A stretch of DNA of 63,232 nucleotides, filler included, from Actinomycetota bacterium (GTDB lineage Bacteria; Actinomycetota; Actinomycetes; JAKEEW01): assembly GCA_046725875.1 (NCBI GenBank). It is 5 parts of 5 records of this genome, joined end to end, with 100 filler letters (N's around TTAATTAATTAA, not from the genome) between each part and the next. Parts side by side here need not be neighbours in the genome. Positions count along the whole stretch, not along the records: positions 33,364 to 46,804 come from JBKOZJ010000187.1; positions 46,905 to 54,701 come from JBKOZJ010000189.1; 3 more parts are not named here. One strand, given 5' to 3'. The notes below the pieces were generated by a model. That model was given only the letters and a program-made list of their open reading frames with translations. It had not been told where the DNA came from and searched no databases. This document shows, piece after piece, positions 40,091-49,104 of this stretch (the first letter of the stretch is position 1; each line of letters starts with the position of its first letter). The translations under genes and the position numbers were made by a program.

Positions 40091-42700
40091 TCAGGCTGGC
40101 CCAGCGGCGGCGTCGGTGGCGCGGGCGCGAAGGGCGCGCGCGAGACCGTCGCGGCACTCGAGAACCAAGCGTGCAAGTACGGGCGGGAGCCCTTCGGTCG
40201 CCAGGAAGGCGTCGGTACGGTCCAGCGTCGACTGCTCGATCCGCCACCGCGGATACAGCTGCGGCGTCACGACCAGCTTCCCGGTGGCGAACACCCGCTC
40301 GAAGAACTCCGGCGCCTCGGCGAAGTAGCGCTCCACATAGGGCTCGAGCACCTCCGCCTGGCCCGGCTGGACGAAGCCGAAAGCGGCCGCCATCTGGATC
40401 GAGTTGACCACCTCGACCTCGCCGACCGACTTCGCCCAGGCCGCCGCCTTGGCGGCGGCCGTAGGCCGCGCCGCTCGGGCGGTCGCGGCGCGCTCCTCGC
40501 CTTGAGAAGTCGCATCCCGGGCGAGCTCGGCATCAATGTCCGAGTCGTCGAACAGCCCGACCGCGGCCAGCCGGGTGACCGCCCGCCAGCGCAGGTCGGG
40601 GTCGACCGCGCAGCCTTCGAGCACCACGTCGCCGGAGAGCAGGCCCCGGACGAACGCCAGGTCGTCGTCGGTCCCGGCCGCCCAGACCAGGGTGCGTACC
40701 CAAGCAAGCTGGTGGTCGCTACCCGGCTCGGCCGCCTCCAGCAGTTCCCGCATCCGGGCCGCCACCTGCCGCCGGCCTTCCGGCCGCCACGCCGGGTCGG
40801 CGTACTCGTCCAGTGCCGTCGCCATTCGCCGCCCCAGCTGCGCATCGACGAGATTGATGTCCGGCTCGGTATCAATACCACCGAGGATCATGGCGACGTA
40901 CTCCCGGGCCGGCATCTCGCCATCCCGCACCATGTCCCAAGCCGACATCCAGCACAGCGCCCGGGCGAGCGATGACTCCAGCCCGGAGACCGATCTGACC
41001 ACGGTGGCGAGCGACGCCGGGTCGAGCCGCACCTTCGCGTAGGTCAGGTCGTCGTCGTTGAGCAGGATCAGGGCGCCGCGAGCGAGACCGACGAGCTCGG
41101 GCACCTCCGTCCGTGACCCCAAGACATCCAGCTCCACACGGTGCCGCCGGACCAGCCGACCGCGACCTTCGTCAGATCCCCTGGGGCGCTCCTGCTCGTA
41201 CACCCCGATCGCGAGACGGTGGGTACGCAGGGTCGGCCACCTCGGGTCGGCCTCCTGCAAGACGGCAAACGACGTGATAACCCCGTGCTCGTCGACCGAG
41301 AGCTCAGGCCGCAGGGTGTTCACTCCCGCAGTGGTGAGCCACTCCGCCGCCCACGCGCTCATGTCCCGGCCGGAGGTCTCCTCGAGGGCGGTGAGCAGAT
41401 CGGCCAGCGACGTGTTGCCCCATGCGTGCCGCTTGAAGTAGTGCCGCAGCCCGGCGAAGAACTCGTCGTATCCGGCGTAGGCGGCCAGCTGCTTGAGCAC
41501 CGACGCGCCCTTTGCGTACGCGATGCCGTCGAAATTGGCCCATACCTGGTCCAGGTCGGGGATGTCCGCGACGATCGGGTGGGTCGAGGGCAGCTGGTCC
41601 TGGACGTACCCGTAGGCCTTCCACCGGTTGACGAAGTTGGTCCACGCCTCGGTCCATCGGGTGGCCGAGGTCAGGGCCACGGTTGACGCATAGGTGGCGA
41701 ACGACTCGTTCAGCCACAGCTCGTCCCACCATCGCATGGTCACGAGGTCGCCGAACCACATGTGCGCCATCTCGTGCAAGATCACGTCGGCTCGGTCTTG
41801 ACGCGTGGTGTCGGTGACCTTCGACCGGAAGACGAAGTCGTCCCGGAAGGTCACGCACCCGGCGTTCTCCATCGCGCCCGCGTTGTACTCGGGCACGAAC
41901 AGCTGGTCGTACTTCTCGAAGGGGTACGGGTAGTCGAACGTCACGGTGAAGAAGTCGAAGCCCTGCTTCGTGAGCTCGAATATTTCGTCGGCGTCGAGAT
42001 ATTCGGCGAGTGACTTTCGGCAGTAGAGCCCGAGCGGGATGACCTTGCCCGCGACCGTGTGGGCGTCGTGGACGGCGTGGTACGGGCCGGCGACCAGCGC
42101 AGTGATGTACGTCGAGATGCGTGGTGTCGGTGCGAACTCCCAGCGGGCGCGGGGAGAGCTGCCGGCGTCGTCGCCGCGCACGTCGTCGATCGGGATCGGT
42201 GTGGGCGTCGGCGAGTTCGAGATGACCTGCCAGGTGGCGGAGGCCGTGACGGACAGCTGCCAGGTCCCTTTGAGATCGGGCTGCTCGAAGTCCGCGTACA
42301 TGGTCCGCGCGTTCGGCGCCTCGAACTGCGTGTAGAGGTACACCTCGCCGTCGACCGGGTCGATCGCGCGATGCAGCCCCTCCCCCGTCCGTACAAAGCC
42401 GCAGTCCGCGACCACCCGCACGACGTTCGTCTCTTGGAGCCCGTCCAGGGTGATCCGGCTGTCCGCGAAAACGGTCGCCGGGTCGAGGCTGCGGCCGTTG
42501 AGGGTTACCTCTTGGACGGTCGGCGCGATCAGATCGAGGAAGGTCGACGCACCGGGCTGGTTGCAAGCGAAGCTGATCTCGGTGACGGACCGGAAGGTCT
42601 CATCGCTGAGGGTCAGGTCGAGGTCGACCTTGTACGAATCCACCTCGAGCAGTTCGGCCCGCCGCGCTGCTTCCGCCCTGGTCAAGTTGATTCCCGGCAC
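40091..42700 (-). CDS. pepN: Aminopeptidase N (M1)
   Basis: GAMEN, HEMAHMWFG...WLNE, YAKG. Confidence 0.97.
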   Translation of the reverse strand: MPGINLTRAEAARRAELLEVDSYKVDLDLTLSDETFRSVTEISFACNQPGASTFLDLIAPTVQEVTLNGRSLDPATVFADSRITLDGLQETNVVRVVADCGFVRTGEGLHRAIDPVDGEVYLYTQFEAPNARTMYADFEQPDLKGTWQLSVTASATWQVISNSPTPTPIPIDDVRGDDAGSSPRARWEFAPTPRISTYITALVAGPYHAVHDAHTVAGKVIPLGLYCRKSLAEYLDADEIFELTKQGFDFFTVTFDYPYPFEKYDQLFVPEYNAGAMENAGCVTFRDDFVFRSKVTDTTRQDRADVILHEMAHMWFGDLVTMRWWDELWLNESFATYASTVALTSATRWTEAWTNFVNRWKAYGYVQDQLPSTHPIVADIPDLDQVWANFDGIAYAKGASVLKQLAAYAGYDEFFAGLRHYFKRHAWGNTSLADLLTALEETSGRDMSAWAAEWLTTAGVNTLRPELSVDEHGVITSFAVLQEADPRWPTLRTHRLAIGVYEQERPRGSDEGRGRLVRRHRVELDVLGSRTEVPELVGLARGALILLNDDDLTYAKVRLDPASLATVVRSVSGLESSLARALCWMSAWDMVRDGEMPAREYVAMILGGIDTEPDINLVDAQLGRRMATALDEYADPAWRPEGRRQVAARMRELLEAAEPGSDHQLAWVRTLVWAAGTDDDLAFVRGLLSGDVVLEGCAVDPDLRWRAVTRLAAVGLFDDSDIDAELARDATSQGEERAATARAARPTAAAKAAAWAKSVGEVEVVNSIQMAAAFGFVQPGQAEVLEPYVERYFAEAPEFFERVFATGKLVVTPQLYPRWRIEQSTLDRTDAFLATEGLPPVLARLVLECRDGLARALRARATDAAAGPA

Positions 42701-42784
42701 GCCCTGCTCCCTCGTCCCTGCTTCATTGCGGCGACTACCGTCGTCGATCGGCCCGGTCAGGATATGAGGTGCCCGTCCGCCAAC

Positions 42785-42863
42785 AGCAGAAGGGCCCCTT
42801 GCTCCAATAAGTTCGGAGCAAGGGGCCCTTCTGCTCGGGCGCCTTTGAGCAAGGGACCCTTCT
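42785..42863. repeat. REP-like perfect 21-bp inverted repeat plus a third arm (family B)
   Basis: AGCAGAAGGGCCCCTTGCTCC-N9-GGAGCAAGGGGCCCTTCTGCT, then GAGCAAGGGACCCTTCT. Confidence 0.8.
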
Positions 42864-42914
42864 ACCGGGTGGCCGGCGCAAACATGGGCTGCCCGAACAT
42901 CCAGGGAGCGGCTC

Positions 42915-44096
42915 GTGGAGGATCAGCGGACGCTGCTTGTCACGATCAGCGGACGGGACCGGCCGGGGGTGACGTCAGTGATCTTCGACGTGCTCGCCGC
43001 CCATCCCGTTGACGTCGTCGACGTCGAGCAGGTGGTGATCCGCGGCCGCCTGGTGCTCGGCGTGCTGGTGACCGCGCCGCACACGGAGGGCGCGCTGCGG
43101 GCCGAGTTGACCGGCCGGGCGCGGGAGCTCGGCATGGATGCCGAGATCGTCTCGGGCGTCGGCGACAGCCCGCGTCGGGCCGCCGGACGGCTGCACGTCA
43201 CGCTGATCGGCCAGCCGTTGCGCCCGGCGGCCGTCGGCGGCATTGCCTCTGTGATCGCCGATTGCGGCGCCAATATCGACCGGATCGTCCGACTATCCCG
43301 GCGCCCGGTGACCAGCCTAGAACTCGACGTGTCCGCAGCTGATCCCGTTGTGCTGCGGAGCGCGCTCGCCGCCGAGGCGGCCCGGCGTCGCGTCGACGTG
43401 GCCGTACAGCCATCCGGTTTGCAGCGGCGGGCCAAGCGGCTCGTCGTCATGGACGTCGACTCGACGCTCGTCCAGGGCGAGGTGATCGAGAAGCTGGCCG
43501 CTTATAGAGGCAGTGCCGATGAGGTCGCGGACATCACCGCAGCGGCGATGAGCGGCGAGCTCGACTTCGAGGAGTCGCTGCGCCGCCGGGTCGCCTTGCT
43601 GGCAGGGATGGAAGAGTCAGCGCTGGATAACGTGCGTGACTCGATTGAGCTGATGCCAGGCGCCGACACGCTCATCCGTACTCTCCGACGTCTCGACCAC
43701 CGCATCGGCATCGTCTCCGGCGGGTTCACCCAGATCACGGATGGGCTCGCCGCCTCCCTCGAGCTCGATTATGCCGCGGCCAACACGCTCGAGATCGAGG
43801 GCGGGCGGCTCACCGGCCGGCTCGTCGGACCCGTCATCGACCGGTCCGGCAAGGCCGACGCGCTGCGGCGGTTCGCGGCCGAGGCCGGCGTGCCGCTCGC
43901 CCAGACCGTAGCGATCGGCGACGGCGCGAACGACCTCGACATGATCGCCGCCGCCGGCCTCGGGGTCGCGTTCAACGCGAAGCCGGCGGTGCGTGAACGC
44001 GCGCACACGGCGGTCAACGTCCCCCATCTCGACGTCATCCTGCTGCTGCTCGGCATCCCACGTGCCGAGGTCGAGGAGCTCGAGGCACCGGATTAG
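42915..44096 (+). CDS. serB: Phosphoserine phosphatase with ACT domains
   Basis: GRDRPG ACT domain, MDVDST, SGGF, GDGAND. Confidence 0.96.
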   Translation: MEDQRTLLVTISGRDRPGVTSVIFDVLAAHPVDVVDVEQVVIRGRLVLGVLVTAPHTEGALRAELTGRARELGMDAEIVSGVGDSPRRAAGRLHVTLIGQPLRPAAVGGIASVIADCGANIDRIVRLSRRPVTSLELDVSAADPVVLRSALAAEAARRRVDVAVQPSGLQRRAKRLVVMDVDSTLVQGEVIEKLAAYRGSADEVADITAAAMSGELDFEESLRRRVALLAGMEESALDNVRDSIELMPGADTLIRTLRRLDHRIGIVSGGFTQITDGLAASLELDYAAANTLEIEGGRLTGRLVGPVIDRSGKADALRRFAAEAGVPLAQTVAIGDGANDLDMIAAAGLGVAFNAKPAVRERAHTAVNVPHLDVILLLLGIPRAEVEELEAPD

Positions 44097-44260
44097 AGAA
44101 CGGTGCGCGTGGTTTTGCACCATATTGGGCGAGACATCCGGGTGGATGTTGGTGACGGCTCCTACCTCGCGGACTAGGTTCCGTTAGGAGGTGTACGGCG
44201 TCGGCGCCGGCGCCATAGTGATGACATAGAGGCGTAGGAGCTGAGGAGGAGGTCGAGCCG

Positions 44261-44647
44261 ATGCGAATCAAACTGGCCGGAGTCTTCGTCGACGACCAGG
44301 ACAAGGCCCGCGAGTACTACACGAATGTCCTCGGCTTCCAGGTGAAGACCGACGCGCCGTACGACGACACGTCGCGCTGGCTGACCGTCGTGTCGCCTGA
44401 GGACCCGAACGGCACCGAGCTGCTGCTCGGGGTGCCGAGCGAGGCCGCGCGTGACTTCCAGAAGAAGCAACGCGACATAGGCGCACCGGCGACATCGTTC
44501 TCGACCGACGACATCCAGCGCGACTACGAGCAGCTCAAGGCGAAGGGTGTCAACTTCGTGATGGAGCCGACGAAGATGTCATACGGCGGCACTGATGCCG
44601 TCTTCGACGACACTTGCGGCAACCTGATCAACCTGCACCAGGACTGA
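44261..44647 (+). CDS. VOC family protein
   Basis: VDDQDKA..YY..VLGF, FDDTCGNLI. Confidence 0.92.
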   Translation: MRIKLAGVFVDDQDKAREYYTNVLGFQVKTDAPYDDTSRWLTVVSPEDPNGTELLLGVPSEAARDFQKKQRDIGAPATSFSTDDIQRDYEQLKAKGVNFVMEPTKMSYGGTDAVFDDTCGNLINLHQD

Positions 44648-44813
44648 CCGGCGTCTCCAGCCCTGCGGCCCTGCTCACATCGGACAGCGCGATCGTTCGT
44701 GGCGGTTCTAGATGGGTCGTTCGTCGGTGAGTTGTCGACCTGTCCTCACCCGACCTGATTCGCACGGCTAAGGCGATCGGCCGCCAACCGGCGACCGGCC
44801 CATGCCGCCAGGA

Positions 44814-45200
44814 TCAGGTGCCGGGCGTGTTCTGCCAGAGGCCGACGACGTTGCCCTCCGGGTCGGTGAAGTAGGCGGCGATGCCCATGCCACCGACATC
44901 GAACTTGTCCCGGGCGGTCTTGCCGCCGAGTTCCTCGATCCGGCGCAGCGCATCGTCGATGTCCTCGACGTCGACGGTGATGACCGGCGACGTGATCGGC
45001 GTCTGACGCTGTAGCAGTCCGCCGTTGATCGCCCCTGGCTCCGTCGGCATGCCTGCTTCGTCGGTCGGGGTTGTTCTGACGATCGTGTAGGCCATTTCCG
45101 GCATCGCGTTGATCGTCCAGCCGAACGCGTCCCGGTAGAACGCTTGCGCCCGCTCGACGTCGTCGGCGGGAATCTCGAAGTGCACAACCTTGCCGCTCAT
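44814..45200 (-). CDS. VOC family protein
   Basis: VVHFEIPADD..RA..FY, INGG, FTDPEGN. Confidence 0.92.
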   Translation of the reverse strand: MSGKVVHFEIPADDVERAQAFYRDAFGWTINAMPEMAYTIVRTTPTDEAGMPTEPGAINGGLLQRQTPITSPVITVDVEDIDDALRRIEELGGKTARDKFDVGGMGIAAYFTDPEGNVVGLWQNTPGT

Positions 45201-45378
45201 CGCCCACACCTCCACTTGTTCGGCAACGGAATCGGCGCCCGATGGGGGCACTTTCGCGGTGCCTTGCCGATCGTATGCGTCCCGCGACCCAACTCAACCA
45301 CCCAACCCCCCAGACGAAAGGACGAGGACCGACGTAGCCGTTGGCTCGACAACTCGTCTCGCGGAATTTCCGAGGCCG

Positions 45379-45406
45379 TGTCGAAAGGTCCGGCTCGCCA
45401 GACGTA
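45379..45406 (+). promoter_or_regulatory. Candidate ECF42-type promoter
   Basis: TGTCGA-N18-CGTA upstream of the DGPF/YciI genes. Confidence 0.5.
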
Positions 45407-45465
45407 GGACGAGATGAAAGGGTGCCGAACGGCGGTACCCAGCCGATGGACCGAGGAGGCCCTCG

Positions 45466-45816
45466 ATGAAGTACGTCATCCTGATCATGGACACGCCGCT
45501 CGGTGAGGCGATGTCCGAGTCTGAGCGCGAGGCGTGGGGCAAGGAGGTCTACGCGTGGTACGACGAGAACAGCAAGAACGGCAAGCTGGCCGACAACGGC
45601 GAACAGCTGCAGGGACCGGCGACGGCGAAGACGATCCGTGGGACGACTGTCATTGACGGGCCGTTCGTCGAGTCCAAGGAGGTCATTGGCGGCTACAGCG
45701 TGGTAGAAGCCGACTCGATCGACGACGCGGTAGCGGTCGCGCGAACCTGGCCGGGGGTTGACCGCGGTGTTATCACGATCGAGGTGCGCCCGGTCGTCGA
45801 GCAGCCCGGCATGTAG
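45466..45816 (+). CDS. YciI/DGPF family protein
   Basis: DGPFVESKEVIGGY, IEVRP. Confidence 0.92.
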   Translation: MKYVILIMDTPLGEAMSESEREAWGKEVYAWYDENSKNGKLADNGEQLQGPATAKTIRGTTVIDGPFVESKEVIGGYSVVEADSIDDAVAVARTWPGVDRGVITIEVRPVVEQPGM

Positions 45817-45824
45817 GACCGGGC

Positions 45825-46163
45825 ATGCGTTTCATCGTGCTGGTCGTCGGCGACGAGAGCGCATGGGAGTCCCTCACCCCCGCCGAGGGGCAGGCCGAGA
45901 TGGATGCGATCTACGCTTGGCTGGAGAAGCATTCGGACAAGATCCTCGACGGCGGTGCGGAGCTTGACTCGGCGAAGAAGGCGAAGACCGTCCGTCGCGG
46001 CGTGATCATGGACGGCCCTTACAGCGAGGCGAAGGAGGTCGTCGGCGGCCTGGTCTTCCTGGAGACCGACACCATCGACGAGGCCGCCGCAGTCGCGGCG
46101 GAGTGGCCGGGCGTCGCAGCCGGGCGGGTGGCGGTCGAGGTCCGCCCCGCCATCACCCGCTAA
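45825..46163 (+). CDS. YciI/DGPF family protein
   Basis: DGPYSEAKEVVGG, VEVRP. Confidence 0.92.
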   Translation: MRFIVLVVGDESAWESLTPAEGQAEMDAIYAWLEKHSDKILDGGAELDSAKKAKTVRRGVIMDGPYSEAKEVVGGLVFLETDTIDEAAAVAAEWPGVAAGRVAVEVRPAITR

Positions 46164-46331
46164 CGGTCACAGGATTGAGGGGGTAGCAGTCAAATCGGCA
46201 GGGCGGCCGTCGGCCCGTGGGTGTCGGCCGCCACTGCCCCTACTGGGACACCGGGCCGACGCCTACGAAGGGCGATCGAGGCGCTCTTCGGCGCGGGCCT
46301 GCCGACCATGCGGGGCCATAGAGTTGTCGCC

Positions 46332-46804
46332 GTGACGGCACCGGCCGCGGCAGCCTACGCCCTGGACGCCGGTGGCTCGCGGACCGTGGTACGCACCCGC
46401 GGGCCGGACGGCCAGGTGCGGACGTGGGAGGAGCCTTCCTGTGCTATTGCGACTGTGGGTGACGTGCAGGCAGTGCGGCACCTGCGCCAGATACTTGACG
46501 AGGTCCAGGCTGAGCTCGCGGGCGCAACCCCTTTGCAGGGGTGCATCGCGTCCTCGTCCTATCCAGTGGCCGGCGAAGCGCCCCCACCCGAAGTGCTGGT
46601 GCGGACCATCATCGGGTCGGGGTGCACCGGGCGGGTCCTCTTGGTCAACGACGTGGTCCCGCTGCTCTGGTCAGATCACCTCCGCGGGCGCGGGGTAATC
46701 GTCAACAGCGGCACCGGAAGCGCCGTGGTTGGCCGCGGCCAGGACGGCAGCTTGGTCAAGCTCGGCGGGCACGAGCACATCCTCAGCGATCAGGGCAGCG
46801 CCTA
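46332..46804 (+). CDS. BadF/BadG-type ATPase (GlcNAc kinase-like), 3' truncated
   Basis: LDAGGSRT, VND, SGTGS, GG.EH.LSDQGSA; start uncertain. Confidence 0.8.
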
Positions 46805-46904
46805 NNNNNNNNNNNNNNNNNNNNNNNNNNNNNNNNNNNNNNNNNNNNTTAATTAATTAANNNNNNNNNNNNNNNNNNNNNNNNNNNNNNNNNNNNNNNN
46901 NNNN
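46805..46904. other. Artificial contig spacer
   Basis: 44 N + TTAATTAATTAA + 44 N. Confidence 0.99.
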
Positions 46905-46906
46905 TG

Positions 46907-47527
46907 CTCGAGCGTCTGTCTCCGGTGGAGCGGGCCGTCTTCGTCCTGCGCGAGGTCTTCGAGTACGAGTACGAAGACATCGCCGCGGTGGTCGGCAAGG
47001 AACCCGATAACTGCCGGCAAATCATGACCCGGGCACGTCGGCATATCGAAGCGGGTCGGCCCCGGTTCGAGCCACGGCGAGAGCGGCGATCCGAGCTTGC
47101 GCGCCGGTTTCTCGCCGCGCTAGATGAAGGTGACGTGGCGGGCCTGGAACGCGTGCTCGCCGATGATGTCGCGTTCTATGGCGACGGGGGCGGGAAGGCT
47201 CCGGCGATCAAGAAGCCGATTTATGGACGCACCAAGGTGCTCCGGTTCCTCCTCGGCCTCGCTCGGCAGGGCCACGAGATGAGACTGCTGCTTGAGCCGG
47301 TCGAGGTGAATGGGCAGCCCGGCTTCCGGGCGCTGGACCAGGCCGGGCGCTTGATCAACGTGGTCGCGTTCGACATCGTAGCGGGCGCGATCGCGGCGAT
47401 GTACAACGTGCTCAATCCCGACAAACTACGGCATCTAGGTCCGGTCGCGGATCTCAACATTCTGCTGAGCGAGCGTGCCAAACCGATAAGACTTGGCGAG
47501 GAACGGGAACAGTCAGACGGCGCTTGA
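46907..47527 (+). CDS. ECF41 (SigJ-like) sigma factor, 5' truncated
   Basis: LERLSPVERAVFVLREVF, DGGGK, NPDKL signature. Confidence 0.93.
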   Translation, partial: LERLSPVERAVFVLREVFEYEYEDIAAVVGKEPDNCRQIMTRARRHIEAGRPRFEPRRERRSELARRFLAALDEGDVAGLERVLADDVAFYGDGGGKAPAIKKPIYGRTKVLRFLLGLARQGHEMRLLLEPVEVNGQPGFRALDQAGRLINVVAFDIVAGAIAAMYNVLNPDKLRHLGPVADLNILLSERAKPIRLGEEREQSDGA

Positions 47528-47654
47528 CCAGGTGACAGGCAGTCCGGGGATACCGTCCGTCGCGGCCGGGGGAATCCCCCGAGCCGGCGGCAGTCGCTGA
47601 ACCGTACGGTCGGGTGAGGTAGCTGGACGGTCGAGTGGACGGCGAGCGAGCAGC

Positions 47655-48968
47655 GTGACATCTAACGAGGACGACTGGCTGCGGGCGTGGACCCGAGACG
47701 GCAAGTCCCAGGAGAAGCCCGACGAGCCGACGGCTGTCATGCCATCTGGTGATGACGGCTCCAACCGTCCGGCCTACTTCGAGTCCCGCACCTATGGCCC
47801 TAGGCGCCGGGCACCGCGATACAGCGGCCCCGCCGGCCGGCGGGTGCAGAATCCCGCGGAGGATGCAGAGCTGACCCGTTACCGCCAATACGGTAGCGGT
47901 GGGTCGGCAGGCGCAGCCGCGACCGACGATGCAGCCGGCCGGGCGGGCACCGGGTACGCACCGGAGCCGACGGCGCCAACGGAACCGTCTCGTACTGGCA
48001 CGCGGCGCTGGCGGTTTCCGAGGCTTCGCGGGCGGGGCCTGCGCCGCGCGCTGGTCATAGCCCTGGTGCTCGTGCTCGCCCTGGTCGTCGGCGGCTACTT
48101 CTACCTTGACTCGAAATTGAACCGGATCGACGTGCTCAACGATTATTCCGGCCGACCCGCCGCGACGCCGGGCCAGGACTGGCTGTTGGTCGGTTCGGAC
48201 AGCCGCGCCGGGCTGTCCAGGGAAGAACGCAATGAGCTGTCAACCGGCAATGCCGGCGGCCGGCGGACCGACACGATGATGCTGCTGCACATACCGTCGG
48301 GCGGCGGGAAGGCGACACTGGTGAGCCTGCCGAGGGACTCGTATGTGCCGATCCCGGGTCGGTCGCCGAACAAGCTGAACGCGGCCTTTGCCTTCGGTGG
48401 CCCGCAACTGCTCGTCCAGACCGTGGAAAAGGTTACCGACATCAGGATCGACCGCTATATGGAGATCGGCTTCGGCGGCTTCGTTGATGTCGTGAACGAC
48501 CTCGGCGGCGTACACATGTGCATTCCCAGGTCGATCGAGGACCCGAAGGCGGCGCTGGACATCAAGGCCGGCTGCCAGGACCTGGACGGGCCGACCGCGC
48601 TCGGCTACGTGCGAACCAGGGCCACCGCCCGCGCGGACCTTGACCGGGTGCAGCGGCAGCGCGAGTTCTTCCGTGCCGTCGTGGATCGCGCGTCCAGCCC
48701 AAGTGTGCTCTTCAACCCGTTCCGCGTGGTGCCGCTCGCGCGCAGCTCGGCCGACGCGGTTGCGGTTGACGACGGCACCCACCTGTTCGACCTCGGCCGA
48801 TTGGCCTGGGCGATGCGCGGCGATCCGCTGACCACGACCGTTCCGGTCGGCGGCACCCCGACGATCTCGGGGGTGGGCTCGGTCGTCCAGTGGGACCGCG
48901 CGAACGCGCTCCGGCTGTTCAGCGCCCTCGCCGCGGACAAGCCGGTGCCGAACGATCTGCTCAAATAG
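47655..48968 (+). CDS. LCP (LytR-CpsA-Psr) family protein
   Basis: TM, LLVGSDSR, RTDTMML, SLPRD, KLNAA, D..RVQRQ. Confidence 0.95.
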   Translation: MTSNEDDWLRAWTRDGKSQEKPDEPTAVMPSGDDGSNRPAYFESRTYGPRRRAPRYSGPAGRRVQNPAEDAELTRYRQYGSGGSAGAAATDDAAGRAGTGYAPEPTAPTEPSRTGTRRWRFPRLRGRGLRRALVIALVLVLALVVGGYFYLDSKLNRIDVLNDYSGRPAATPGQDWLLVGSDSRAGLSREERNELSTGNAGGRRTDTMMLLHIPSGGGKATLVSLPRDSYVPIPGRSPNKLNAAFAFGGPQLLVQTVEKVTDIRIDRYMEIGFGGFVDVVNDLGGVHMCIPRSIEDPKAALDIKAGCQDLDGPTALGYVRTRATARADLDRVQRQREFFRAVVDRASSPSVLFNPFRVVPLARSSADAVAVDDGTHLFDLGRLAWAMRGDPLTTTVPVGGTPTISGVGSVVQWDRANALRLFSALAADKPVPNDLLK

Positions 48969-49104
48969 CGGGGAGTCTGAGCAGGTTCACACCCAAAGCG
49001 GTCGCGCCGCGGTGTGTCTTGTACGGGTCTGTCCCGGTACTCCCGCACGATTGGGTGCAAAGCTGCTCGCGCGGCACTAGAGATCGGGGAGTGGGTCAGG
49101 CGGC

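Noticed and set aside
45230..45360. Small nested hairpins upstream of the VOC and YciI genes
   Set aside because: Short GC stems with no match to any riboswitch I can recognise; would need an Rfam search
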